Shown one piece after another: positions 23,463 to 32,248 of a stretch of DNA of 64,000 nt (positions are counted from its first letter, which is position 1; each line of letters opens with the position of its first letter). Source of the stretch: a virus; the IMG/VR virus record IMGVR_UViG_3300045988_154761, positions 96,001 to 160,000 of that record; one strand, given 5' to 3'. The position numbers were made by a program, and so were the translations under genes. The notes under the pieces are model-generated. The model was not told the origin of the DNA and made no database searches. It worked only from the letters and a program-made list of their open reading frames with translations.

Positions 23463-25181
23463 ATGTATAACTACAACAATCCTAACAAGAAGAATAACAC
23501 TAAGGCTTGGGCTCCTAAGCCTGAAAAGCCTGTTACTAAGTCCAACCGAGTTAGCCGTAAGGCTTCTTTCATGGACAAGGTTGAGAATACTGCTAAGGGT
23601 TACTACACTCAGATTGCAGTTCCTTCTCTTCCTGCTGATAAGCAGTACACTTCTAACGGTGCTATTGCATACAAGTCCTCTGGTTCTGCTCTTCTTGACA
23701 TCAACACTTCCATCTCTGCTCTTCGTAGCCTGCCCGATGGTGATATTGTGAAGAAGTTCCGTGCAGCTTATTGTGAGAATCCTCGTCTCGCTATTCGTTG
23801 GCTGTTCTATGCTGGCGATATCCGTGAGGGTCAGGGTGAGCGCCGTCTCTTCCAGATTTGCCTTAAGGATATGATGAACAATGGTGGTGCTCAGATTGTG
23901 GCGAACCTGATTCCTATGATTCCTGAGTATTCTCGTTGGGATTATATCTATGTTGTCATGGATAATCCTACTACTAAGCCTGTTGTTCGTGAACTGATTC
24001 GTAAGCAGTGGAAGGAAGATATGGCTAATATGAAGAAGGGCAAGTCCATTAGCCTTATGGCGAAGTGGCTTGATAGTGCTTCTTCTCACAGCCATGATAC
24101 TCGTAAGCGTGGTCTTAAGACTATGGATATGCTCGGTCTGACTGAGCGTGAGTATCGCAAGGGTCTGTCTGCTCTTCGTAAGCACCTTGACGTTGTTGAG
24201 CGTAAGATGTCTTCTCAGAATTGGCAGAGCATTGATTATGAGACTGTTCCCTCTAAGGCAAACCTTAATTACAATAAGGCTTTCCTTCGTAATGATGAGG
24301 AGCGCCGTCGTGCCTATCTGAACGCTCTTACTAAGGGCGAGGCAAAGATTAATTCTTCTGTATCTAATCCTTGTGACATTGTTCACAAGTATTGCGAGAA
24401 TGATTGGGGTACTTCTCCTCATTCTTATGATGCCGCCCTTGAAGGCATGTGGAAGGCTCTTCCCAATCTTGTAACCGATGATAGTTCCACTATTGTTGTT
24501 GCCGATGGCTCTGGTTCTATGTGCGCTACTGTTGGTCGTACTCGTATGACTGCTCTTGAGGTTGCTAACTCTCTTGCAATTTACTTTGCAGAGCGTGCTA
24601 AGGGTGCATATAAGGGTCGTTACATTACTTTCTCTGCACGTCCTCAGATGGTTAATGTTAATCATGACTCTTTGCGTGCAAATCTTAGGGAAGCTGCTCG
24701 TCATAGTGAGATTGCTAATACCAACCTTGAAGCAGTATTTGACCTGATTCTTGATACTGCAATTAAGAATCATTCTCCTCAGAGTGATTTGCCAAAGAAT
24801 ATTCTGATTATCAGTGATGGTGGTTGGGATTCTATGGTAAATATTCGTACTCTTAATACTGGCAGTGGTTATGGTTATTGGGGCTATAACAGCACTCGTG
24901 CTACTGCTAAGGAAGCTCCTGCTTTCCTTAAGTCCATTGAGCAGAAGTACAAGAACGCTGGATATGAGATGAGCAAAATTTGTTATTGGAATGTTTGCGG
25001 AAACGGTACTACTGGTAACGGTCTTCCCATGACTAAGAATGATTATGGTATCATGGTCAGCGGGTTTAGTATCCAAACTTTGAAAATGATTCTCAGCGGC
25101 AAGACTAATCCTTGGGATGCACTTATGGAAGTGGTTTTGGATAAGCGTTACGACAAGATTGAAGAGCTAGCTTTTAAGTAA
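23463..25181 (+). CDS. DUF2828-like protein: helical N-terminal region plus C-terminal vWA domain with MIDAS
   Basis: ATG 23463 after AAGGAGA; NGAIAYKSSGSALLD, RLAIRWLFYAGDIREGQGERRLF, VVADGSGSM (DxSxS). Confidence 0.7.
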   Translation: MYNYNNPNKKNNTKAWAPKPEKPVTKSNRVSRKASFMDKVENTAKGYYTQIAVPSLPADKQYTSNGAIAYKSSGSALLDINTSISALRSLPDGDIVKKFRAAYCENPRLAIRWLFYAGDIREGQGERRLFQICLKDMMNNGGAQIVANLIPMIPEYSRWDYIYVVMDNPTTKPVVRELIRKQWKEDMANMKKGKSISLMAKWLDSASSHSHDTRKRGLKTMDMLGLTEREYRKGLSALRKHLDVVERKMSSQNWQSIDYETVPSKANLNYNKAFLRNDEERRRAYLNALTKGEAKINSSVSNPCDIVHKYCENDWGTSPHSYDAALEGMWKALPNLVTDDSSTIVVADGSGSMCATVGRTRMTALEVANSLAIYFAERAKGAYKGRYITFSARPQMVNVNHDSLRANLREAARHSEIANTNLEAVFDLILDTAIKNHSPQSDLPKNILIISDGGWDSMVNIRTLNTGSGYGYWGYNSTRATAKEAPAFLKSIEQKYKNAGYEMSKICYWNVCGNGTTGNGLPMTKNDYGIMVSGFSIQTLKMILSGKTNPWDALMEVVLDKRYDKIEELAFK

Positions 25182-25196
25182 GTTTTAAATATGAAA

Positions 25197-25230
25197 GGGG
25201 AAGAGAATTATTCTCTTCTCCTTTTTATTT
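25197..25230 (+). terminator. intrinsic terminator
   Basis: GAAGAG/CTCTTC stem followed by CTTTTTATTT. Confidence 0.6.
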
Positions 25231-25244
25231 ATAAAGGAGATATA

Positions 25245-26477
25245 ATGTCTTAGTATATTAGTTAGGTTTCATCTTTAATGGAACAATGGGATTTTGATAA
25301 AAATACTGTTTAGCCTAATGAAATAACAACAGGAGCGCATCAAAAAGTATTTTGGAAATGTCCTGTTTGCAAAGGTAAATGGAGTAATATTCCCCATACA
25401 GCAGGAAAAAATAGTTGCCCATATTGTAATAAAAGAAAAGTTTTAAAAGGTTTTAATGATTTAAAAACTAAAAATCCAGAATTACTTTGTGATTGGGATT
25501 ATTCTTTAAATCAAATTTTACCAGAAGAAGTTACTTTTTATTCAAATAAGAAAGTTTTTTGGAGATGTCACAAATGCGGATATTCATGGGAAGCAACTAT
25601 TAATAGTAGGACAAGACTTCATGCAGGATGCCCAAATTGTGCAAAAGGACATAAAACGAGTTTTCCCGAACAAGCAATATTTTTTTATTTAAGTAAACAT
25701 TTCTTTTGTATTAACAATTATAAATATGATAATACAAAAAAAGAAATAGATATATATATTCCATCTTTGCGTATCGGAATAGAATATAATGGAAGTTATT
25801 ATCATTCAAAATCTTAGACTAAGGATGAGAAAAAGAAAAAAGATTTGCAAAATTTAGATATTTAGTTAATTACAATAAAAAATAGCAAAGAGGACAAAAA
25901 CAACAACAATCTTATAGAACATAAATTAAATGATTCTTCTTTAGAATGGGCCATAAAACAACTTTTAAAAAATTTATATCTGGAAGATAATATTTCTTTA
26001 AACAAAGATTATCAAGATATTTTAAAATAGTATAAACAAAAAGAATATCAAAATTCTTTGGGAGAATTATATCCAAATTTATTAGAAGAATGGGATTATG
26101 ATAAAAATGTTTTAAATCCTTTATTAATATCTCCAAATTCTAACAAAAAAGCTTGGTGGAAATGTAAAAAATGCGGACGCAGTTGGCAAGCTGCTATTAA
26201 TAGTAGAACCCCTCCTCGTAGTAATGGTTGTAAAAAATGCGTGGGAGTTTATGAAAAAGCTGTTCTTTGTTTAGAAAACAGAAAAATTTATATCGGACTT
26301 AACAAACTTTGTAAAAAGTTAAACGTTTCAAGTGGAGCAATAACAACTTGCATAAAAAGAAGTAAAAACAAAATCGGACATTGTAAAGGATATCATTGGA
26401 AAATATATATTTTACATAAAGAGAAAAATTTTTCTTGGCCTTTCTCTGATGAGTTAACTTACGAAAGAGAGGGGTAA
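25245..26477 (+). CDS. homing-endonuclease-like protein: repeated treble-clef zinc ribbons flanking a nuclease-like core; 6 in-frame TAG
   Basis: ATG after AAGGAGA; frame checked; three W(D/E)xDKN...W.C..C...W......R.....C..C modules; EIDIYIPSLRIGIEYNGSYYH core; the track ORF 26058-26477 is its 3' part. Confidence 0.65.
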
Positions 26478-26493
26478 TTCCCTCTCTTTTTTT
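26466..26493 (+). terminator. intrinsic terminator overlapping the stop codon
   Basis: AGAGAGGG/CCCTCTCT followed by TTTTTTT. Confidence 0.65.
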
Positions 26494-26504
26494 GTTGTTT
26501 TCTA

Positions 26505-26533
26505 TTGACAAGCAAGAAAAATTGTGTTATCCT
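26505..26533 (+). promoter_or_regulatory. sigma70/sigmaA-like promoter
   Basis: TTGACA 26505-26510, 17 nt, TGT-TATCCT. Confidence 0.55.
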
Positions 26534-26575
26534 TTATATACAATCATAAGCATATTAAGTGAAAGGTGTATTATT

Positions 26576-26818
26576 ATGGGCTATTTTCGTAATTTAACTA
26601 ATGCAGAACTTTGGTCGGCTTGTTCAGAGCTAAAAGAGATTGAAAAAAAGAATCCTCCAAAAAACAAAGAGAATTGGCCTATTAAGTACGGAAGCTATTT
26701 TTCTAAGGCAGTAGATTATTATGACCATTTCGTATCTATGCCAGTTACAGTAGCAGTAAGCGAACTTAAATTTGAGGTAGAAAGACGAGGTATTATTAAT
26801 GACTGTAAAAGAGTATAA
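26576..26818 (+). CDS. hypothetical protein (80 aa)
   Basis: ATG 26576 after GAAAGGTG; the track start 26492 precedes the promoter. Confidence 0.6.
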   Translation: MGYFRNLTNAELWSACSELKEIEKKNPPKNKENWPIKYGSYFSKAVDYYDHFVSMPVTVAVSELKFEVERRGIINDCKRV

Positions 26819-27230
26819 TGAATGGCGTAAAGAGTTTGGTCGTGTTCAAGTTTTACTTTATGCTTTTCCTAATGTTTTAAAGAAAATTGGCAATGAAGAT
26901 TTAATCAAAGAACTTAAGATTTTAGGTTATGATGAGCATACTCTTGACTTTCTTAACTCAGCTATGGATGCTTGGGAGAAAGTTGAAAAAGAAGAGCTTA
27001 TGAAAGATATGAATGTTCAACCTGACCCAGATACTATTCCAGTTCCTAAGAAAGCACCTGTTGCACCTGAAGAGCCTAAAAATCCTTCTATTTCTAATTA
27101 TCATTTTCAACCTGCTTGGTGTAGTAATTGTATTCATAGTTGGGGAATAGACTGTTTTAGAGACCCTCTAAATGATATACCTTGTCCTAATTATAGAAGA
27201 GACCCGCCCGATGGAGGTTTTTACGGATAA
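26799..27230 (+). CDS. hypothetical protein (143 aa)
   Basis: track ORF; overlaps both neighbours. Confidence 0.65.
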   Translation: MTVKEYNEWRKEFGRVQVLLYAFPNVLKKIGNEDLIKELKILGYDEHTLDFLNSAMDAWEKVEKEELMKDMNVQPDPDTIPVPKKAPVAPEEPKNPSISNYHFQPAWCSNCIHSWGIDCFRDPLNDIPCPNYRRDPPDGGFYG

Positions 27231-28171
27231 TGAGAGTTTTATCTTTGTTTGATGGTATTAGTTGCGGTCATCTTGCACTTGAGAGAGCTGAAATTAAGAT
27301 TGATTCTTATGATGCTTATGAAATTGAAAAGAACGCAATTAAAGCTACAGAAACAAATTTCCCTGATGTGATTCAGCATGGAGATGTAACCATAGAAGAT
27401 TTTACCAAATATAAAGGTAAAATTGATTTACTTATTGGGGGTTCACCTTGTACAAATTTGAGCATGGCTGGTAATGGTCAAGGATTAAAAGGTTCTCAAA
27501 GTAAATTGTTTTATGAATATGCTCGTGCAATAAAAGAAGTCCAACCCAAATATTTTTTACTTGAAAATGTAATTATGAAAAAAGAATGGGAAGATATTAT
27601 TACAAATATTCTTGGAGTAGAACCCATTGAAATTAATTCTTCTCTTGTTTCAGCACAGAACAGACGTAGACTTTATTGGACTAATATCCCTAATGTAACA
27701 CTTCCCGAAGATAAAAATATTACTCTGGAAGATATTCTTGAAGATATTGAATTTCCCAATCCTGCGGCAATTAGAGGTCGTAGATTAAATAAAGCCACTA
27801 TTGTTGGTCGCAGATTAGATAAAAACGGGCATAGAAAAGATACTGATAAAACAATTCCTATTACACAATGTCTCGAAGTCCGCGCTACAAACACAGACAA
27901 ATCAAATTGTCTCACTACTGTAGACAAGGATAATGTTCTTACGCCACTTCCTATTGGTAGACATCCAGATGCTTTTAAAAATAATTTACCTTTTAGATAT
28001 TATACTACTAAAGAAATGTGTCGTTTACAGACTGTTCCTGATGATTTTCTTAATATGATTCCAGATAGTGCAGCAAGAAAGGCATTAGGTAATGGATGGA
28101 CAGTAGATGTAATTGCTCATATTTTTAGTTTTCTTCCAGATGAATATAAAGAGGACAAAATAAATGATTAA
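27230..28171 (+). CDS. dcm: DNA (cytosine-5)-methyltransferase
   Basis: motifs LFDGISCG (I), GGSPCTNLS (IV), ENV (VI), QNRRRLYW (VIII), GNGWTVDV (X). Confidence 0.9.
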   Translation: MRVLSLFDGISCGHLALERAEIKIDSYDAYEIEKNAIKATETNFPDVIQHGDVTIEDFTKYKGKIDLLIGGSPCTNLSMAGNGQGLKGSQSKLFYEYARAIKEVQPKYFLLENVIMKKEWEDIITNILGVEPIEINSSLVSAQNRRRLYWTNIPNVTLPEDKNITLEDILEDIEFPNPAAIRGRRLNKATIVGRRLDKNGHRKDTDKTIPITQCLEVRATNTDKSNCLTTVDKDNVLTPLPIGRHPDAFKNNLPFRYYTTKEMCRLQTVPDDFLNMIPDSAARKALGNGWTVDVIAHIFSFLPDEYKEDKIND

Positions 28172-28346
28172 GATTGGTGAAAAAGAATTTGTTAATGGAG
28201 ATATCTATTACAATCCTTTCTTTGGGGATTTGTGGATAATTCAAAATAACACCGAGATACGTAAAATCAATGACACGTATACTACTGATGTTAACGATGT
28301 TGTTGGCTTTGTGCATGTAGGTCACATTGATTTAGAGGTTAATTAA
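28164..28346 (+). CDS. hypothetical protein (60 aa)
   Basis: track ORF; 8 nt overlap with dcm. Confidence 0.55.
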   Translation: MIKIGEKEFVNGDIYYNPFFGDLWIIQNNTEIRKINDTYTTDVNDVVGFVHVGHIDLEVN

Positions 28347-28712
28347 ATGAGCTACGATATTAGTTATAGAGTCCAATGTAAAGATAACCCTAAACTTTGG
28401 GCTGATGTTGGAAACTGTGAAGCAAATATAACTTACAATTTGAGAGAAATGATTCAAAAGTCAACAGGTTTAGAATGGAAGAACGAAGAAGATAACGGTC
28501 TTGTAAAAGATGTTATTCCATTTATCATTCATGGCTTAGAAGAACTTGAAAGATTTCCAGATAAATATAAACAGTATGAATCTCCTAATGGATGGGGAAC
28601 AATCAGTGGATGTAAGAGCTTCTTTACTCGATGTATTTTAGATTGGACTAATTTTACAGAAGATAGTTGGACTTCTCCTTATAAAGACATTGTTCATTTT
28701 TGGATTGTATGA
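28347..28712 (+). CDS. hypothetical protein (121 aa)
   Basis: starts directly after the previous stop. Confidence 0.7.
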   Translation: MSYDISYRVQCKDNPKLWADVGNCEANITYNLREMIQKSTGLEWKNEEDNGLVKDVIPFIIHGLEELERFPDKYKQYESPNGWGTISGCKSFFTRCILDWTNFTEDSWTSPYKDIVHFWIV

Positions 28713-28909
28713 AATCAAATCAATATTTAATAAATCTAAATTTGGCAAATTGTTTATTTTATTTATATTATTTTATTTTAATTGGAATGGCAGGATTAGA
28801 TAATTCCACTGGAGAAATATTAACTCCTTTTTGTTTATTTATAAGTGGTTGTTTATTTATGATTGCTGTTCATTTTTTCAAACTTTATTTAAAGGACAAA
28901 GAAAAATGA
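28709..28909 (+). CDS. small membrane protein (66 aa)
   Basis: ATGA overlap with the upstream stop; two hydrophobic segments. Confidence 0.55.
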   Translation: MKSNQYLINLNLANCLFYLYYFILIGMAGLDNSTGEILTPFCLFISGCLFMIAVHFFKLYLKDKEK

Positions 28910-29133
28910 CGATTGAAAGACTAAGAGATATTCTCAATGATGTAGCAAACGGTGCAAATTGGGAACTATACAAAAACTCATTAGTAGTAATTAGCGTAGA
29001 AGATTCTAGAAACACTGTGGGAAGTAGACCTTACACAAAAGTTCGCTCAGTAGGCATGGGCTTTGATTGGGAAACAGGTCAATTTAGAATTGAACCTGAA
29101 AATAAATTAATGGAGGTTAGTAAAAGAAAATGA
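28906..29133 (+). CDS. hypothetical protein (75 aa)
   Basis: ATGA overlap with the upstream stop. Confidence 0.6.
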   Translation: MTIERLRDILNDVANGANWELYKNSLVVISVEDSRNTVGSRPYTKVRSVGMGFDWETGQFRIEPENKLMEVSKRK

Positions 29134-29402
29134 ACACTACTCAAGTTGCTTTGTGCATCATTCTTGCTATCGGAGTTTTAACAATTTTCTTTTTAGCAGG
29201 AACTATTATTGGTGGTATCCACGCTTATTCAAAAGCTTTTGCAGAAGCCGAAGAAACTCATAAAAATTTAGATGAGGCTAAAGAAAGTCTTATTAAATCT
29301 TTAGAGGGGAAAGCAGAAGCACAAAAAGAACTTATTGAATCCTATGAAGAGCTGGTAAAAACTCTTCAAGAAAAAAATAATAAACCCTTGACAGGAAACT
29401 AA
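29130..29402 (+). CDS. membrane-anchored coiled-coil protein (90 aa)
   Basis: N-terminal TM helix VALCIILAIGVLTIFFLAGTIIGGI followed by a Lys/Glu-rich helix. Confidence 0.65.
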   Translation: MNTTQVALCIILAIGVLTIFFLAGTIIGGIHAYSKAFAEAEETHKNLDEAKESLIKSLEGKAEAQKELIESYEELVKTLQEKNNKPLTGN

Positions 29403-29416
29403 TCTTATGGTATATT
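29388..29416 (+). promoter_or_regulatory. sigma70/sigmaA-like promoter of the large ncRNA
   Basis: TTGACA 29388-29393, 17 nt, TGG-TATATT (29411-29416). Confidence 0.7.
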
Positions 29417-29422
29417 AAGATT

Positions 29423-30195
29423 GTCCCAAGGGAAAGGACGAAAAAAGTGCGGAAGAGATTCCCATTGGTTTGCACTACTCGGGCCTGATAGACAAATCAC
29501 GCTCTTACCTGTAAGACACACAATTGAATATTCAATAATAGCTGAGATGCAATGACTTCGAAAGAAGCACCCTTCATAGGAATAGGAACTATGAAGATAC
29601 TAAGAGCATCTAGCTCTCCACCTGAAAGTTAATGGTGGAAAATTCTTGCAAGAATCACGAAATCCTACCCTCCGAATTCTTGCTCGGTGGTGCAGGTTGA
29701 TTGCCAACTAAAGATGTTGGACAAAGAGCGAGATACCTTTTAAGTGTAATGGTTAGAGGCTTATAGTAGGGTGAATACACCTATTCCCTACAAATGACTT
29801 GCTGGTGAAGAGTATCAGCCAAAGAGCGTCGCATTGTCCAGAGTACTGTAGTATAGGACCAAAGGCTCGTAGTGAGTCCAGATGCTAGGACCAGAGGCTC
29901 ATAGTGAGGCGAACGTTGTCTATTCCTCACCTTTAATAAGAATCCGATGGGGGTCGGAGCGCTTATTATCGTATTTGAATAACCTACGGGTAGGTTGTTC
30001 GCAGTTTTACAGAAGACTTGTAGATTTATAATCACTTGTCCGTCGAAATGGATAGCCGCAAACGGGAAAGTTTCAATGAGTGTAGGAAGTAATGTAACGG
30101 GGAATAACTTCCAAGTCTTCACAATTTATTGAATTAGCTAATTTAATAAAAGGTCTCATAATTAATTTAATATTGATTATGAGACTTTTATTTTT
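29423..30195 (+). ncRNA. large (~770 nt) structured noncoding RNA candidate with its own promoter and terminator
   Basis: no plausible ORF (only a 113-aa antisense one); visibly higher GC than the flanks; many helices (CTTCATAG/CTATGAAG, CCAAC/GTTGG, AACCTA-CGGG-TAGGTT, GGAAGT/ACTTCC, GTGAGG/CCTCAC); internal duplicated module GGACCA(A/G)AGGCTC(G/A)TAGTGAG. Confidence 0.6.
30153..30195 (+). terminator. intrinsic terminator of the large ncRNA
   Basis: 10 bp stem GTCTCATAAT (30153-30162)/ATTATGAGAC (30177-30186) followed by TTTTATTTTT. Confidence 0.75.
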
Positions 30196-30211
30196 ATAAT
30201 AGAGGTGTAAC

Positions 30212-30730
30212 ATGGAAAACATTTGGAAAACGTCATTGGAAAATAAGAAGAAAGAATGGAAGACGGTACTCGAAAATAAGAAGAAAGAACTTTCTGAGAT
30301 TAACAAAGATTTAAACAATCTTACGAGAAAATCTTATGATGAATATATTATGAAAGAACTCGCTCCAAAGCTGATTGGAAAATGTTATATTCATCAGGGA
30401 CATTATATTATGATTATTCAACCTCCTAAGTTGTTAGAAGGAAGATGTGATGTTAACTATTCTTCTTCATGGGGTTGTATTGAAATTAACAATTTTGAAG
30501 ATGAAACACCTTATGGTTGTTATACAGATTCAGAAATTGATGTAGCTCCTTATTATAATGAAGACATTGATTTGTTTTTCCTTTTAAATTATCCGAAAAA
30601 TTTTGACCATTTTCAACCTATTTCTCGTGATGAATTTAATGTAAGAATGGATGAAGCGGTTAGGAAATCTAGGGAACTAATTGAAAAAATGGAGAAAAAT
30701 ATTACTCCTCGTAAATTTTATAGATTTTAA
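30212..30730 (+). CDS. hypothetical protein (172 aa) with duplicated N-terminal ENKKKE(W/L) motif
   Basis: ATG after AGAGGTG. Confidence 0.7.
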   Translation: MENIWKTSLENKKKEWKTVLENKKKELSEINKDLNNLTRKSYDEYIMKELAPKLIGKCYIHQGHYIMIIQPPKLLEGRCDVNYSSSWGCIEINNFEDETPYGCYTDSEIDVAPYYNEDIDLFFLLNYPKNFDHFQPISRDEFNVRMDEAVRKSRELIEKMEKNITPRKFYRF

Positions 30731-30746
30731 GAAAGGGGAATAAAAT

Positions 30747-31757
30747 ATGTTTTTTAAGAAGCCAGAAAAAAAGATTATTCTCGAATATGACTCTTACCCT
30801 GCATCTAGTGTAGATTTTGAAGAATCTTCCAGCGAATCTTACACGAATAATCTTCCTAACCACATAATTATCGACAATCATATTTGGGAATATGAAAAAA
30901 TGGAAGATGTACCTTTTCCTGTTGGAGAAGATTGGGAATGGATTGATTGTTACAAGGCTCTTTATAAGACCTATTATGAAAAAATAAAATATGTAGGTCC
31001 AAGTAGAAAGTTCGTATATGAACTTAACAAAGTTTATGCCTTACCAGAAGGAGAAGAAGAATTTAGCAAAGTGGATTACTGTGGCAATGGTTTTCATGCT
31101 TGCTTAACTGTAAAAGATGCTCTGAAATGGTATAATTATATTTCATATGTTTCAAATTATGGTTATACTTATTCTGTTAGTGTTAAATTAACCGTTGTTG
31201 CAAAAGCAAAACTTTTGGTTAATAAAAAAGATTTATCAAACTGCTATGGAAAGCAAAATCTTGATAAAGGCAAAATTGTTGGTAAAGCGATTGTATTAAC
31301 TGGTTTTGTTAGTCCAGAAGAAGTTTACTCTAATCGAGAACAAGATATGTATTGGACCAGTAGTATTCTTAATAGTAATGCTTGCGATTATTTAAAATCT
31401 GCTTGTAAAACTAAAGAGGTTAGTTTAAACACTCTCGAAAAACTGACAAAAAATCTTAATATCACTCTCTTTGATTATAAAAAAATGCTTAATCTTGTTG
31501 AGAATGGCAAACATTTTGATATGACTTATGCTCAATGTATGTTTGATGTATATATTGACGAAGATAAAAAAGTTTCTCAGTGTTTAAACATGAATTATGG
31601 TCATGTATTGGCAGAAGAAATCATCAGCCATCTTGATTATCGACTTGCTATAATTGCTATAAAATTGGCTGACAATGATGATGCTTATAACAGAAGTTTA
31701 TCCGTAGCAGAAAAGATGCAAATTCTTTATTCTCATCAGATGCTTTCTAAAAAGTAA
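30747..31757 (+). CDS. hypothetical protein (336 aa)
   Basis: ATG after AAAGGGGAA; family not recognised. Confidence 0.75.
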   Translation: MFFKKPEKKIILEYDSYPASSVDFEESSSESYTNNLPNHIIIDNHIWEYEKMEDVPFPVGEDWEWIDCYKALYKTYYEKIKYVGPSRKFVYELNKVYALPEGEEEFSKVDYCGNGFHACLTVKDALKWYNYISYVSNYGYTYSVSVKLTVVAKAKLLVNKKDLSNCYGKQNLDKGKIVGKAIVLTGFVSPEEVYSNREQDMYWTSSILNSNACDYLKSACKTKEVSLNTLEKLTKNLNITLFDYKKMLNLVENGKHFDMTYAQCMFDVYIDEDKKVSQCLNMNYGHVLAEEIISHLDYRLAIIAIKLADNDDAYNRSLSVAEKMQILYSHQMLSKK

Positions 31758-31769
31758 ATTAATAAGTAG

Positions 31770-31798
31770 TTGACAAACTCGAAAGAGTATGTTAATAT
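31770..31798 (+). promoter_or_regulatory. sigma70/sigmaA-like promoter of the hairpin sRNA
   Basis: TTGACA 31770-31775, 17 nt, TGT-TAATAT (31793-31798). Confidence 0.7.
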
Positions 31799-31804
31799 AA
31801 TAAT

Positions 31805-31930
31805 AAGAACTGTGGTACAATTTACCTCCTTATAATAGACTGAATTTGCTAATAAGGCCACCTCCTTTTTCGTATTTTGTTCATGTTTGTTTCCTCCAAA
31901 AACAAATTTTGTACCACAGTTCTTTTTTAT
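31805..31930 (+). ncRNA. ~125 nt hairpin RNA (sRNA or attenuator) carrying three CCUCC motifs
   Basis: 16 bp perfect arms AAGAACTGTGGTACAA (31805-31820)/TTGTACCACAGTTCTT (31909-31924) followed by a T-run; CCTCC at 31825-31829, 31861-31865 and 31893-31897; the predicted TSS coincides with the 5' arm. Confidence 0.55.
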
Positions 31931-31952
31931 TCCTTTGTAAAGGAGCTTGTTA

Positions 31953-32177
31953 ATGAGATTGAATGATGTATCTCTAATAAGTTTTGCTCTTTATCTTTTA
32001 TGCGGGTTTGCCGTAACATATAATGTTTATAATTGTCCTGCTAATAAAAATGATAAAGAAGTAACCTTGTTGCATTATTTAACTTTGATTTTTTGCTGGC
32101 CTATTGCTCTTGTTATGGCAGCAATTTATTGGTTTAAGATTCAAAGTGAAATAAGAAAACAGAAGAAAATTAAATAA
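31953..32177 (+). CDS. small membrane protein (74 aa)
   Basis: ATG 7 nt after AAAGGAG; two hydrophobic helices. Confidence 0.6.
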   Translation: MRLNDVSLISFALYLLCGFAVTYNVYNCPANKNDKEVTLLHYLTLIFCWPIALVMAAIYWFKIQSEIRKQKKIK

Positions 32178-32182
32178 AACTC

Positions 32183-32211
32183 TTGACAACAGACTCTTTT
32201 TGGTTTATACT
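32183..32211 (+). promoter_or_regulatory. sigma70/sigmaA-like promoter inside an anti-SD/SD hairpin
   Basis: TTGACA 32183-32188, 17 nt, TATACT 32206-32211; AGACTCTTTT (32191-32200) pairs with AAAGGAGTCT (32232-32241). Confidence 0.65.
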
Positions 32212-32248
32212 ATTGATAGTAAATTAGACTGAAAGGAGTCTTTTCTAT

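Noticed and set aside
23445-25076. 543-aa ORF on the - strand
   Set aside because: It is fully antisense to the well-supported vWA gene (23463-25181). The sequence is low-complexity and Ser/Thr/Leu/Ile/Asn-rich with no motifs, consistent with a shadow ORF in a codon-biased AT-rich gene.
29781-30122. 113-aa - strand ORF inside the 29.4-30.2 kb region
   Set aside because: It has no RBS, is antisense to a promoter/terminator-delimited unit, and its sequence is dominated by helix-forming repeats. I treat the region as noncoding RNA.
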